This document shows positions 45,336 to 56,472 of a stretch of 64,000 bases of DNA, in pieces. Numbering within the stretch: position 1 is the first letter of the stretch; each line of letters opens with the position of its first letter. Source of the stretch: Calditrichia bacterium (GTDB lineage Bacteria; Calditrichota; Calditrichia; JAJRVZ01); NCBI GenBank assembly GCA_963796965.1, contig CAWCNS010000005.1, positions 992,001 to 1,056,000 on the forward strand, in the 5' to 3' direction. A model generated the notes under the pieces. The model saw nothing but the letters and a program-made list of their open reading frames with translations, had not been told where the DNA came from and searched no databases. The position numbers were made by a program, and so were the translations under genes.

Positions 45336-46124
45336 TCATTTTTCTGGTATATAAGAATATTGGGGTAAAAACCACCCTTCCACTGTTTCAACATCTCTTA
45401 CATACGTCATTGTTTCGGCCCACAAGGCGGCTCCTTCATCACCAAGCAATTTGGTTGCCTCGGCCAGGTCGTTCTGAAAATCAAGGGGATCTTCAGCCCA
45501 GGTGGTAAAGATGTATAAGGGATGCTCAACCCCGACCACGCCGGAAAAAATTCTAAAGCCAGACGTGACCTTTTTTTCTGCATATAATGTTTTCCAGGCC
45601 TTTAGCAGTTTCTCCATATTTTTCTCGAATCCAGGTGCCAGGAAAAAATAATTCCAGCGACGATAGGGTGTTTTTTCACCCCAGTAAATATTATCCGGAT
45701 CATATGAAAGATCAGAGCGATATTGCAGGACATAATTCCGGGAGGCAGCCAGGGTTGCGGTCAGATCTGCCCAGACCAGGTTAAATTCATCCATATTAAC
45801 TTTGCCGCTAAGAAGTTTAATCATACCTTTTTCAATATCTTTCAGACTATTCAGGGGTGTAATATGGACAAAATGATAATTGTCCTGGAGGTGCGTATAA
45901 TAACTAAAATCGCCAACCTTACCATCTGTTAATACAACTTTTAAATCAGATAAGCTCGCCTCATACGCAGCTGTCAGAGAAGGCTTGACAATATCTTCTC
46001 GTACATAGATATAATCCCATTCTGAGGCATTACTTTGTGCCATTAACAGGGTGGCATTTGACAGAAATGCCACAAAAACAAGCAGCATAAATATTATTTT
46101 TCTCATCGTTTTATCCTTTATCAT
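45336..46124 (-). CDS. Hypothetical exported protein
   Basis: Signal peptide ending LMAQ; 262-aa ORF co-oriented with its neighbours. Confidence 0.65.
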   Translation of the reverse strand: MIKDKTMRKIIFMLLVFVAFLSNATLLMAQSNASEWDYIYVREDIVKPSLTAAYEASLSDLKVVLTDGKVGDFSYYTHLQDNYHFVHITPLNSLKDIEKGMIKLLSGKVNMDEFNLVWADLTATLAASRNYVLQYRSDLSYDPDNIYWGEKTPYRRWNYFFLAPGFEKNMEKLLKAWKTLYAEKKVTSGFRIFSGVVGVEHPLYIFTTWAEDPLDFQNDLAEATKLLGDEGAALWAETMTYVRDVETVEGWFLPQYSYIPEK

Positions 46125-46320
46125 TATTTTCTATTTATATGCGTTCCTGCGTCGTAACAAACACATTTATTTTCTAACGCTGAGTTCGCGGAGTTCCGCA
46201 GAGTTATAAATATTTATTTATTCAGATATTTTATTTTTATGCATAATCAATAATACTTTTCTTCGCGTTCTCAGCGGTCTCAGCGTTTACTAAAGACACT
46301 AAATTTCACTTCAATTATAG

Positions 46321-46860
46321 TTATTTACTCACAGTATAATCTTTGCCCTCAAGGCATACTTCAAATGCTTTTTTAAAACCATCCACCATCTCCTGGTTTT
46401 GAGTTCGGCATTTTCCTGAGCAGCTTCTTTTTCATAGGCATCATTCATTTTTTTGTGACGACGTCCCCGAATGGCTCCGGCTGCGGCACCTATTGCGGCC
46501 CCTTTTCCGGCATCTCCGGCAATAGCACCGATCGCAACACCGGCTGCGGCACCGCGGGCTGCACCGCGTACAGCCGATCCATCATTTGACGTATCAACCT
46601 GTTTAGCTTCGACTTTTGTCGGGTTAATAGGATCGTATCCGGACTGTTCCACTGCCCACTTATAACATTCATATTCATCCTGGCTCTGCTGCTCCGCCGA
46701 TTGTTTTTTCGCGGGAAAAACATAAATACCAAGACTTTTAGCTATAGAAGTACCCTCTGTTTTAGCCGCATCCTGTGCCATTAGCTGCGGTGATAAAAAA
46801 CTCATAGATCAAAAGAATTCCGAAGACCAGTTTACTCAACACGTTAAATTTTACTCTCAT
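46321..46860 (-). CDS. Glycine-zipper (YMGG-like) exported protein (frameshifted)
   Basis: YVFPAKKQSAEQQSQDEYECYKWA, GAARGAAAGVAIGAIAGDAGKGAAIGA; tail AFEVCLEGKDYTVSK in another frame. Confidence 0.75.
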
Positions 46861-46939
46861 GTATCTCTCTCCTTGTATGACTAAAAAATTCCAAATTCCC
46901 AATTCCTAATTCCATATTTTCATTTATATTTAATACTAT

Positions 46940-47027
46940 TTCGCCCCTTCAGGGCTTATTAAATTTGGTGTGCATTCCTTTTCCAGGGGCGTTGCCCCTG
47001 GCTATTACATTACGCCCTTTCAGGGCT
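46940..47027. repeat. REP-like GCCCCTTCAGGGCT / CCAGGGGCGTTGCCCCTGG cluster
   Basis: Copies at about 61668-61712 and 62102-62185, partial copy at 38292-38306. Confidence 0.75.
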
Positions 47028-47157
47028 CAATTCCCAATTCCATCTTTTATCCAGCATCCAAGGATCTCAGCATACCAGTTCTCAATTCCCAGCTATTCCA
47101 TCATTCCATACTTCGTAATCCTACATTTTCCCTTTATTTATGTCGGAATTACATTAC

Positions 47158-47973
47158 TTAAAAATGAAACGCCAACCCAAGCGTTGGACCGAATAAATTT
47201 ACTTTTAAATCAACGTCACGTGAATTATCTCCACTCTCCTCCATATGCATGAGTGCCAATCCCAGATTAACCGAAAAGAGATCCCAGGGACGATAATTCA
47301 GAGTTGTTTGAGCAAATATGGTCAGTTTTTTAGTGGCGAGGAATCCACCGATATCTCCGGATACCAACAGATGCCAGCGTTTGGCAATCTTTACAGATAG
47401 TTCGGTCCCAACTAAAAATGTAAACCAGTTGCTACTGCCTTCTTTCTTCTCTGAATTTTCCCCCAACGTGACTTCAAGATTTAAGAAATACAGTCGTCCC
47501 CCCATATAGACCTGCCAGTGATTAATGGGACCAAGCGGAGACTGATGCAAAAGATCATAACTGGCATAAATCCGGGGCATTATCATCTCAATCTTCGCGC
47601 CAAGAACAGATTTGTCATTCACTATAAACTTTGCCGACTTACCGATCGAACCGCCAAAGACATCGGCATGAAATCTCCATCGCTCCAAACGATAATTCAC
47701 TAACCCGACAAAATAAAAATCCAGGCCATATTCCGATGAGAAAATTTGATCAAAAATATTGTCGTCTTCAGGCTCTCCCTCTACTTCAATGCCGCCAACA
47801 GCAAATTTACCCGTAAATCCCGGTATCCAGAGTGGCAGTCCCAATGTCCATGGTCGATTGTTGTCTTTATTCAGCGCTGCCACAGTCGAATCGCTTTTTG
47901 CCGGAGTACCGGCAAATAAAGTTGTAGCGCCGGTTATAATGATTAAGATAAACCACCGTGATCGTTTTCTCAA
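47158..47973 (-). CDS. Hypothetical outer-membrane beta-barrel protein
   Basis: Signal peptide, WTLGLPLWIPG, GDIGGF, terminal GPTLGLAFHF. Confidence 0.7.
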   Translation of the reverse strand: MRKRSRWFILIIITGATTLFAGTPAKSDSTVAALNKDNNRPWTLGLPLWIPGFTGKFAVGGIEVEGEPEDDNIFDQIFSSEYGLDFYFVGLVNYRLERWRFHADVFGGSIGKSAKFIVNDKSVLGAKIEMIMPRIYASYDLLHQSPLGPINHWQVYMGGRLYFLNLEVTLGENSEKKEGSSNWFTFLVGTELSVKIAKRWHLLVSGDIGGFLATKKLTIFAQTTLNYRPWDLFSVNLGLALMHMEESGDNSRDVDLKVNLFGPTLGLAFHF

Positions 47974-47988
47974 AACGTTTATTGACTC

Positions 47989-48270
47989 TCATGATGCCTC
48001 TTGGTCCGTTTCAGTTTTTACATACTCCACTGATAAAACCGGCAGATGCAGATCATAGAGCGTATTTAATACACCTGATAAAGCTGCTTGATCTGTTAAA
48101 AGCCCTTCCAGGGTAGTTACTGGTTTTTCATCCTCATGCAATTTGACGGTTATGATCATACCGGCCAATCGTTCAGACCAGCTATCCTCCAATTGCCCCT
48201 GGACGCGAATTCGATAAACAGCCGGTTTTTTACTGCTAAAGTTTTTAAAGGAATTTTTTTCAATGGCCAT
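47989..48270 (-). CDS. Small conserved protein, copy 3
   Basis: YRIRVQGQLEDSWSERLAGM..TTLEGLLTDQAALSGVLNTLYDLHLPVLSV. Confidence 0.8.
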   Translation of the reverse strand: MAIEKNSFKNFSSKKPAVYRIRVQGQLEDSWSERLAGMIITVKLHEDEKPVTTLEGLLTDQAALSGVLNTLYDLHLPVLSVEYVKTETDQEAS

Positions 48271-48328
48271 TTTTATCTCTCATAATTAATTATGTAAAGA
48301 CTCTTATTGACTTTATTTGTTCATCTTC

Positions 48329-48405
48329 ATTATAATGCATTTCTAACTGCTTAAATAGACCCGTTAGTTGTACTTTTTATAAATAAAGTTGTAATAAAGT
48401 TGTAG
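48329..48405 (-). promoter_or_regulatory. TACAACT triple-box operator plus -10 TATAAT (site 4)
   Basis: AGTTGTA at 48366, 48387 and 48398; GACCC at 48358; perfect minus-strand TATAAT at 48329-48334. Confidence 0.7.
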
Positions 48406-48434
48406 ACTCTCCGTTCAGGGTTCAAAGTTCAGGG

Positions 48435-48485
48435 TTCTCCCGATAAAAGCGATCTTATCCTAAGATCTAATCGGGATGAAATCTA
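48435..48485. repeat. ~50 bp element TTCTCCCGATAAAA.CGATCTTATCCTAAGATC.AATCGGGATGAAATCT
   Basis: Direct copy at 49663-49712, degenerate copy near 57555-57600, inverted copies at about 23605-23659, 25397-25445 and 32016-32050. Confidence 0.75.
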
Positions 48486-48892
48486 TCGAACGATGTTATA
48501 CCGGTATCAATGTCGAATGCTAAATCATGCCAAGATTTATGCCAAGATTTCAAAGGTTCACAGTTCGTTGATCCTGAATCTCATTTCGCTCCTCCGGAGC
48601 TTAACATTCATTTTGGAATCATCTTGCTATAAATATGCCGCCTCTCCGAGGCTGGTTTTTTCATCTGACAGTTAAAATTTTGAAATAGGCCGCAAGCGTT
48701 AAACGATAGCAATAATTAAGAATCAAAAAGCGCCGGAGGCGCGATATATTTATAGCAACACGGTCTCCCTGCAATGGTCATACCTCCAGAGGAGCGGCAT
48801 ATAAACAATTCTAAATCCCTAATTACCAGTTACCAATTACCAATTACCAATTACTAATTCCAATATTGTCCCAAACTCCATTACATCACGCC

Positions 48893-49619
48893 TCATTTCT
48901 GATCTCCCCAGCTTTTAAACAGCCGGTATCGAAAATAAATATTGGAGACACTTTGATCGGAAGCAAAAATTAAAGATTCCAATTGCCAGGTTAATTCAAA
49001 TCTCATGTGCAGATCACGCTTAAGACTACGATCGATACCTAAAGTTATCCGCATCTGTTCCTGGAATTGGCCCTGGTCTCCGGAGAGGTCCAAAAAGGCT
49101 TCCCCACCGGCTGTTACCTGCCAGAACCGATCCGCCTGAAGCCTTGCTGCCCAGCGATAGGAGAAATTCAATTTATAGCGAAACCGGATTGAGGCTTTTG
49201 CCTCCCAGGTTGATGTGTTGAAGTCAAAGCGTTCTTCAAACGGAAATAATGGGAAATCGGAATTTTCCAGTTGGGCCATTTAAATTGAACGCCCTGAAAC
49301 GGTCGGAACTCATACCGGTCTTGAACATCTTCATTGAAGGTAACAAAATTACCTATTCCGGAAGTATAGTAGAATATATCTACCCAGCCAGATCGCAATG
49401 ATGGCCTGACAACCAGCCGCCACCAACCGTAATTGTCAAATTCTCTGCGAATCCCGATGTCGCCATATAATTTCAGATCGGGATTGATATAATAAGCGGG
49501 ATTAACATCAATCCATAACTGTTTTTTTGCACCTGCATCCGATTGAGCATGAGATACATCATGCCAGGCAAAAACGAATAAAATAGCAGGAAAAAAATGA
49601 CGAGTTTTAACGTGATCAT
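48893..49619 (-). CDS. DUF2490-like outer-membrane protein (frameshifted)
   Basis: EFRPFQG, HYFRL/EERF, RFRYKL, GEAF, MRFEL; signal peptide from ATG 49619. Confidence 0.65.
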
Positions 49620-49984
49620 AATTTCAACCGTGCAAATAAAGTTCAAAGTTCTGGGTTCAGAGTTCTCCCGATAAAAACGATCTTATCCTAAGATCGAATC
49701 GGGATGAAATCTTTCCCGAAAAAAGCGTTATCCTCCGGATAACAATTCGGGACTAAATCATCCAAGATTTAGCCAGGATTTCAAAGGTTCAAAGTTGGAG
49801 TAATGGAGTAATGGAGTGTTGGTATAATGGAGTACTGGAGTGTTGGAGTATTGGAAAAACATTCGTTGCTTGTCCTTAGATTTTTGTACTTTCATTACTC
49901 CATTACTCCATAACCCCAATACATCACTCCAGTACTCCAGTTTATAACTCCAATACTCCAAAATTCACATACCTAAATACAGCG

Positions 49985-51538
49985 CTAGTTAACCAACTCC
50001 AACTCACCCGGCCGCCAGGTTTTGTCGATCCATGGTGCTAATGGACCATAAGCGCGAAGAATAATGAACCAACTCTTACCTGGAATAGATTGCACCCAAT
50101 TGCCTTCATTAACTCCTTTAGGTAAAGTAGGGGCAAAAACAACATCAATAGATCCATCCTTATTTTCTTTTACTTTTCCGCTTAAGCTGTTGATGCCGGC
50201 AAATTTCTGATCAGTCTGCAGCATACATCTTGTTTGAGGATCGTAAATAGTCACTGACCAATTGTCTTTAACCGGGAAGTTTGGAGGCAAATGCATTTTG
50301 TAAGTTTTAGCTCCATCCAAAGGTCTATGTTCTGAGTCCATACCTGCAATGCCATATTGCGAACCCGCGCCTGGTTTGGTTAATGCCATAGCCGGAGTTA
50401 CACATACCGCATTAAAATGCATCCATAAACGTGAATCCATCCGACGGGCACCATCTTTCAAAAAGTAGGTATCGTTATCGGCAAAAGCCATAACCCATTC
50501 GCTTTTTGTACCCGGATAATAATAGTGACCAGGATCGCGAGGTTCAATGGTATTCGCACGTGCATAGGCATTTCCAATATCAACCGCTTCTGTTAATAAT
50601 TTCTTCATGCGTGCATCCGGGTTGAAAGGCTGACCTTTTACTATACCCAAGGTTCTTAGTATCCCTAAGTTTTCTGCATCATAGAAACCTTCAGGTTCTT
50701 CCTGAATGATCTGGTTCAGGTCTTCGAAGAAAGTATAGTCATTGGGAGCAACGGTGTTATAGTATACACCGGACATATTTTTAAATTCCATTTTGGGTGG
50801 ATTGTCTTTTTGGGATAAGGGATATACTTTCAGGTTTTCCTTAATCCGTTTTGCAGCCGCTTCCACGCCGGTTTTGGTATATCCGCGCATAAAATTCCAA
50901 ACATTATAGGTGTTTGATTTATAGACATAATAACCATCAGGCACTTCACCTTCATACCCCGGAGGCAGTACCAGATATTTTCCGCCTTTTCCCTTATCAG
51001 GACCGGCAGCGCCCATATCGGTAATATATCTAAAGGCAGCATCATCTAAAATGCCGAGTACACCAGGAGGTATTTCGATAACGGTAGGCCCGTCTTTTTT
51101 AAGATCAAGAAATCCCCAGGTATATAACGAGGTGTTGTTGTAGGTAAGTGCCAGTGACTTGGAATCGCCCAATTGCTCCCATATTAATATTTGATTGCTT
51201 TTACCCATCCCCATATCACGATTTCCTTTGCGCAGATTGTATAAAGAAACGGCCGGTGTCATATTGATAAAAGCCTGCACAGCGCGTGCCCGATCTACAT
51301 ATTCATATACATTATCAATGGTTTTTCGATTAGGTACTCCATCGAAAAATTCCAGCGTTCCGATGGGTGATCCTATTAAATCCGGAGTCGTAATATTCTC
51401 CGGAATCGGTGTGGTCATTTTCATCACCGGTTTCTGGGTGACCATCTTGGTTTTGGACGCTTGTGCCCATGTCTGTGTCATAAAACCGGTCATGATCAAA
51501 ACGACCAGCAACATTGTGAATAGATGTTTTGTCTTCAT
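49985..51538 (-). CDS. DUF1254/DUF1214 exported protein, paralog 8
   Basis: Intact ORF; LTYNNTSLY, GPDKGKGGKYL, WSVTIYDPQTR, LRAYGP. Confidence 0.9.
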   Translation of the reverse strand: MKTKHLFTMLLVVLIMTGFMTQTWAQASKTKMVTQKPVMKMTTPIPENITTPDLIGSPIGTLEFFDGVPNRKTIDNVYEYVDRARAVQAFINMTPAVSLYNLRKGNRDMGMGKSNQILIWEQLGDSKSLALTYNNTSLYTWGFLDLKKDGPTVIEIPPGVLGILDDAAFRYITDMGAAGPDKGKGGKYLVLPPGYEGEVPDGYYVYKSNTYNVWNFMRGYTKTGVEAAAKRIKENLKVYPLSQKDNPPKMEFKNMSGVYYNTVAPNDYTFFEDLNQIIQEEPEGFYDAENLGILRTLGIVKGQPFNPDARMKKLLTEAVDIGNAYARANTIEPRDPGHYYYPGTKSEWVMAFADNDTYFLKDGARRMDSRLWMHFNAVCVTPAMALTKPGAGSQYGIAGMDSEHRPLDGAKTYKMHLPPNFPVKDNWSVTIYDPQTRCMLQTDQKFAGINSLSGKVKENKDGSIDVVFAPTLPKGVNEGNWVQSIPGKSWFIILRAYGPLAPWIDKTWRPGELELVN

Positions 51539-51805
51539 TTTACTTCCTCCTAATAGGTTATTATAAATGGTGAATTAATGTTTTCTTATTTTTACTTCCT
51601 CCAAGTTCTGCTCGATTAATGATAACTGTTTTATTCTGATGAGTAATGGAGTGTTGGAGTATTGGAAAAACATTCGCTGCTTGTCCTCAGATTTTTGTAC
51701 TTTTTACTCCATTACTCCAATACTCCTTAAGACTCTAAAATCCCAATACCGATTACAGTACTCCAACACTTAGACTCCAATACATGACTCCAATACTCCA
51801 TTTCT

Positions 51806-52777
51806 TCAGTCAAACCACCCACCCTTTCGAAAAAACAGAAACATCCCCGTACCGATCAGGGCCATCAGACCCAGGGCCAATGGATAGCCAAAAGATAGAC
51901 CCAACTCGGGCATGATCTCAAAATTCATACCCCAGATTCCGGCCAGAAGCGTGATTGGGAAAAGATGGCGGACAAGACTGTGAGAATATTCAGCCGGCGG
52001 TTTGTTTTGTCCTGGGCATGCATTTGAAAACCGAGAGCGCAAATAGCGATATGTTCCGTCTACCGGCCCAGGGACCCAAATGCGCGCCTGCAGATTTACC
52101 AATGCACAGTTCATATATTCCTGAGCATCTTTGAGTTTAAAAAAAGGTTTATCGGTTCCGCTAAGGGCCTTTACCGAGCGGAAGCTGATCACCGACCACT
52201 GTTCCTAATGCCATCGACCTCCGATCGTGTATCCAGTATCTCATCCGCTTCGACCGAGTCCGGATCGCGATCCATACGCTCCTGCAGAGCAATAATTTTA
52301 TTCTCAACTGCAGTAGGTGTGCTGCAGACAAGCCTGAGCCAGATCAATCAGAATGGCTGAGAGCAATCCGGCAATACTACGATCAGGAAGCCACTCATCT
52401 GCCCCTTCGAATATGTCAGTTTGCTGCAGGTGCGAAACAGGCCTGTGGTGTACAGAAAGCAGCAGATTTTCCCGGCAAATAAAAGCCAGGTATTCCAAAT
52501 CCAGCGGGGCTTTAGTACCGACCAGAACAGGAATCACCATCAAAATTTCCTTTTTTAGCGGATAAAAACCAACCCGGTCACGTGCCTCAATACACAACTG
52601 ACGGGACAAGCCGCTGATTTTCAACTTCTCCAGCCATTCTTCGAGTTCCTCCGGCGTGAAGTCCTGTAAATCCACCCATACACGTGCATCCCCGTCTTGA
52701 AGCACTTCCGTTATTTCTTGTGGATCAAGCATGGTCAGTTGTAAATTTTCATTAATTGTAAGGCTTTGGACTTTCAT
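51806..52777 (-). CDS. CorA-family divalent cation transporter (multiple frameshifts)
   Basis: N-terminal VWVDL; C-terminal LFPITLLAGIWGMNFEIMPEL..GYP carrying the GMN signature. Confidence 0.75.
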
Positions 52778-52983
52778 CTTGCATGTACCTTTTTTCTACT
52801 AAGGTTAAGAAGTATAGTGTAATGGAGTAATGAGAAGCTGTACTGGCAGTATATGGAGACCGAGAGTTGGAGTGAGTGGCGAATCATATTTTGATATCTA
52901 TTGGTTTCATTACCATTACTCCATAACCCCAATACATCACTCCAGTACTCCAACACTCCATTCTCCATTACTCCAATTCATCG

Positions 52984-53135
52984 CTATTTGACTACAACTC
53001 CACATCATTTGGTATCCAATAAAGCCTGAATGTCCAGGCTTTAGAAGCAATCAGGTTATCCTCTTCCCGTGGATCGTTCTCTATATTGTAAATCGAAGGC
53101 ATACTTGTCATCTCTGACGATGCCTGGCTCATTCC
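52984..53135 (-). pseudogene. Chimeric relic: sulfatase C-terminal fragment joined to a DUF1214 C-terminal fragment
   Basis: The minus frame reads MPSIYNIENDPREEDNLIASKAWTFRLY-WIPNDVEL*; compare YPSIYNIARDPREQWNQ (27017 gene) and TWIPNDVELVN (54701 gene). Confidence 0.65.
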
Positions 53136-53153
53136 GCACTGCCTGGGTCATTT

Positions 53154-54624
53154 CTATTTTTGCGGCACGTATGGATCAGGCGTTCCCGGCTTGATGGGTG
53201 GTTCTTCGGCCAGCGACTTCTTATGCTCTACCAGAATCGGCCCAAGCCCCCAACGTAGCCACAATTTACCTCCCAGTGCTTTGGTTACGGGATATTCTTC
53301 TTTAGGGTCAAGATAGAGGTCGTAAAAGTGAGGCATCGGGAACACGTTCAGTTTCCCAGTACCCAGCTCTCCTTCAAACTCCATGAACATCATCTTATAG
53401 TTATGCCACTTTACGCCGTGAATATCGTTACCGACATAGACTACAAAGCCGTCTCGACCGGACTCCTCTTGTTTCCCCAGGAAGAAATCCGTCATGTCCT
53501 TACTGTCGATGATACGATCTGTCGGCACCTTACCACCGGCAATGTTTGCCAATGTAGCGAACAGATCAAACTGGTGAACGATCTCGTTGGAGACCTTGCC
53601 TGCCGGAACTTTACCAGGCCAGCGGACAATAAACGGCACCCGTAAGGACCCTTCCTTACCCGTGAAATAGGAACCACTCCATGGGCCGTTCCATCCCTGG
53701 TAATCGGGGGTCATCTCGCCGCCGTTATCCGAGGTGAAAATAAAGACGGTGTTATCGGCAATACCCAACTCATCCACCTTATCCAGTAATTCACCGGTAT
53801 AGGCATCGATCTGCATTAGCACATCGCCCCAGTGGCCATTGCCACTCTTGCCTTGAAACTCCTTACTCGGCAACACCGGCATATGCGTCTGGGTGTAGGG
53901 CAGATACAGGAAGAACGGTTTACCGGCTTTGGCCTGGCGTGTCATGAAGTCTTTGGCATGGTCGGTGACTTCACGGTCAATCTCTCGCCTTGCCGGCAGA
54001 TCGTAGACCTTCACCACCTTTGCCGGTGAGCCTTTTCTGGCCGAATAAATGTGCTCTTCCTTGATCATCGGATTTTTGCCGGTCTCCTCCGCCAGTTTCC
54101 GATACTTCTGGAAAATTTCCTGCGATGGCCAAAGGCTCTCGTCGGTCGAATTGGGGATGCCATACCACTCATCGAAACCCTGATCGGTGGGATAGCGTCC
54201 TTCCGCCTGCCCCAAATGCCACTTGCCGAACATGGCGGTGGCATAACCCACATCGCCCAGCATCTCCGGCATGGTGTATTCCCACTGGGTCAAACCATAA
54301 TCGGCGGTTTCGAGCGGCACAGAACCGTTCCCCGTGCGTATGGCATAGCGCCCTGTCAGTCAGCGCCGCGCGACTGGGCGTGCACTGCGCCTCGACATTG
54401 TAATTCAACAGCCGCATCCCTTCACTGGCCAGCTTGTCGATGCGCGGCGTGGCGCCACCCCGGAGAATACCCCCGCCGTAACAACCCAGCTCGCCGTAGC
54501 CGAAGTTGTCCATGTTGATCAGCACGATGTTGGGTTTATTGTTTTCTTGAGCTTGCATTGGAATAGCAATTCCGATAATAAACAAGCAGGTTATTGCTGT
54601 ACTTAGCAATTTTTTTATTTTCAT
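53154..54624 (-). CDS. Cys-type arylsulfatase family protein (frameshift near 54360)
   Basis: KPNIVLINMDNFGYGE, CTPSRAAL, GKWHLG, TSDNG, EGSLRVP. Confidence 0.88.
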
Positions 54625-54700
54625 TTTTCTATTCCTTTTTTTGTTAAGATATTTTTTTGTAAAGGGCGGTATTTAAACAACCGCCCAATACTTTTCTTTA

Positions 54701-56340
54701 CTAATTCACTAATTCCACATCATTCGGAATCCAAGTTTTATTATGAAATGGCGCCGTTGGCCCATAATAGCGGATGTAAACAAAGAAGCCTTGATTTGGC
54801 AAGGTTTGAACCCAATTTTGTTCCGCAACACCGTCCGGTAGTTCATTTGAAAAATAGATATCTACTGAGCCATCGTCGTTTGCAACCGGTGCAGGCACTT
54901 TTTGGCTGCTCATACTTGGGTAAGGCTGCGTTGTTTTAATCATGCAACGTGAATACGGATCGTAAACGAGAACCGACCAGAACATGGCTGCGGGCACATT
55001 TGGTAACATTCTCATCTTATAGGTCTTGTTACCATCCAGGAATTCACCGTTCTTGTCCTTATAAGTTGTTTGATAACGCGACCCTAAACCATCGGGCATT
55101 CTTGCTGCCATTGCAGGGGTAATTCCATCAGCAGTAAAATGGAAAACGGTACGTGCTTCTACATCGATATAATCGCCTTCGTAGAAAGTTGAGTTGTTGG
55201 TAATGTATGGGCTCTCCCATTCTCTATCTTTGTAAACTTTACCATTTACATCGCGGTTATTAAACGCAATTACACGTGACATCGCTACTGCCTCCAATGC
55301 AGCCTGATTCATAATATTCACCATACGTGCATCGGGATTAAAGTCTTTACCTTTTACAATACCAAGAGAAGCCAATTTACCTAACAACTCTTTACCAAAA
55401 GCCTCAGCAGGTTCGTAGTTAATAATTTCGTGCATCCATGTAAATGCCATTGCATCTTCAGGAACCAATGAGTTCATATCTACACCCGAAACATTCTTGT
55501 ATTTGTTTTCTCTGGGGCCAGTTTCAAGAGGATAGACTTTGCAATTCTCACGAACAAATTTCATGGCTTTTTCACCTTCACCAACAATTGCCGTATTCGC
55601 TCTTAGGAATGAAAAGTTGTTGTAGGTTTTTGAATGCACAACAAAGTAGCCATCAGGAATATCGCCTTCATAACCAGGAGGGATTATTAAGTATTTTCCA
55701 CCTTTACCTTTATCCATCCCTGTTGGGCCTACATCCGCCACAAAAAGGAAATTATGATCATTCAGGGGACCCATGACACCTTTCGGCACTTCAAATACAG
55801 TAGGACCATCCTTTTTTAAATCTAAAATCACAAAGAGATAAATACTTTCGGTATTGCCTGTCAAATACATACCCTTAGAATCCAAACGATTGGCTGTTGC
55901 ATTAATGTCAGAACTGCTGGTAACGCCATAATCACGAACGTTTCCTTTTAACATACCGTGCATGGATAGCGCCGGGGTCATATCCAGATACAGTTGTGTG
56001 GCACGTTGCATATCCAATTCATCATACACTTTTTGAATGGTTGCTTCGGTAGGATATCCACCTGGAAATTCCAACTTCCCATAACGAGTGTTGATGTCAT
56101 CCGGTGCATGTTTGTAATTTACATTAGAAGCAGGTTCGCTTCCTGCCAGCGCATAAATGTCTTTGCTGGCATTTTGAGCTGTAGAGCTAATATCCATTGT
56201 TTTGGAAACATCAGGCAATTGATAAGTGGTTTGAGCCTCCTTTTCTGCACAACCAAATGGAACCATCATCATGAATGTGATGATCAATACGGCTAAAATG
56301 CCCGACTTAAGACATTTTTAAAAAATTAAAGTGGTTTCAT
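54701..56340 (-). CDS. DUF1254/DUF1214 lipoprotein, paralog 9
   Basis: Lipobox PFG-C; ELDMQRATQ, LTGNTESIY, DKGKGGKYL, IRYYGP; probable start ATG 56340 with a frameshift in the signal region. Confidence 0.88.
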
Positions 56341-56472
56341 AAATCTTCCTCCCTTTATTTGGGTTAAAGGTTTGGTTTAAAGTATTAAAAACAAGAGTTC
56401 ACATCCAGTACTCCAATACTCCAACAGTTCAAAACCTGAACCCTGAACTCTAAACTCTGAACTTTTTTAGAA

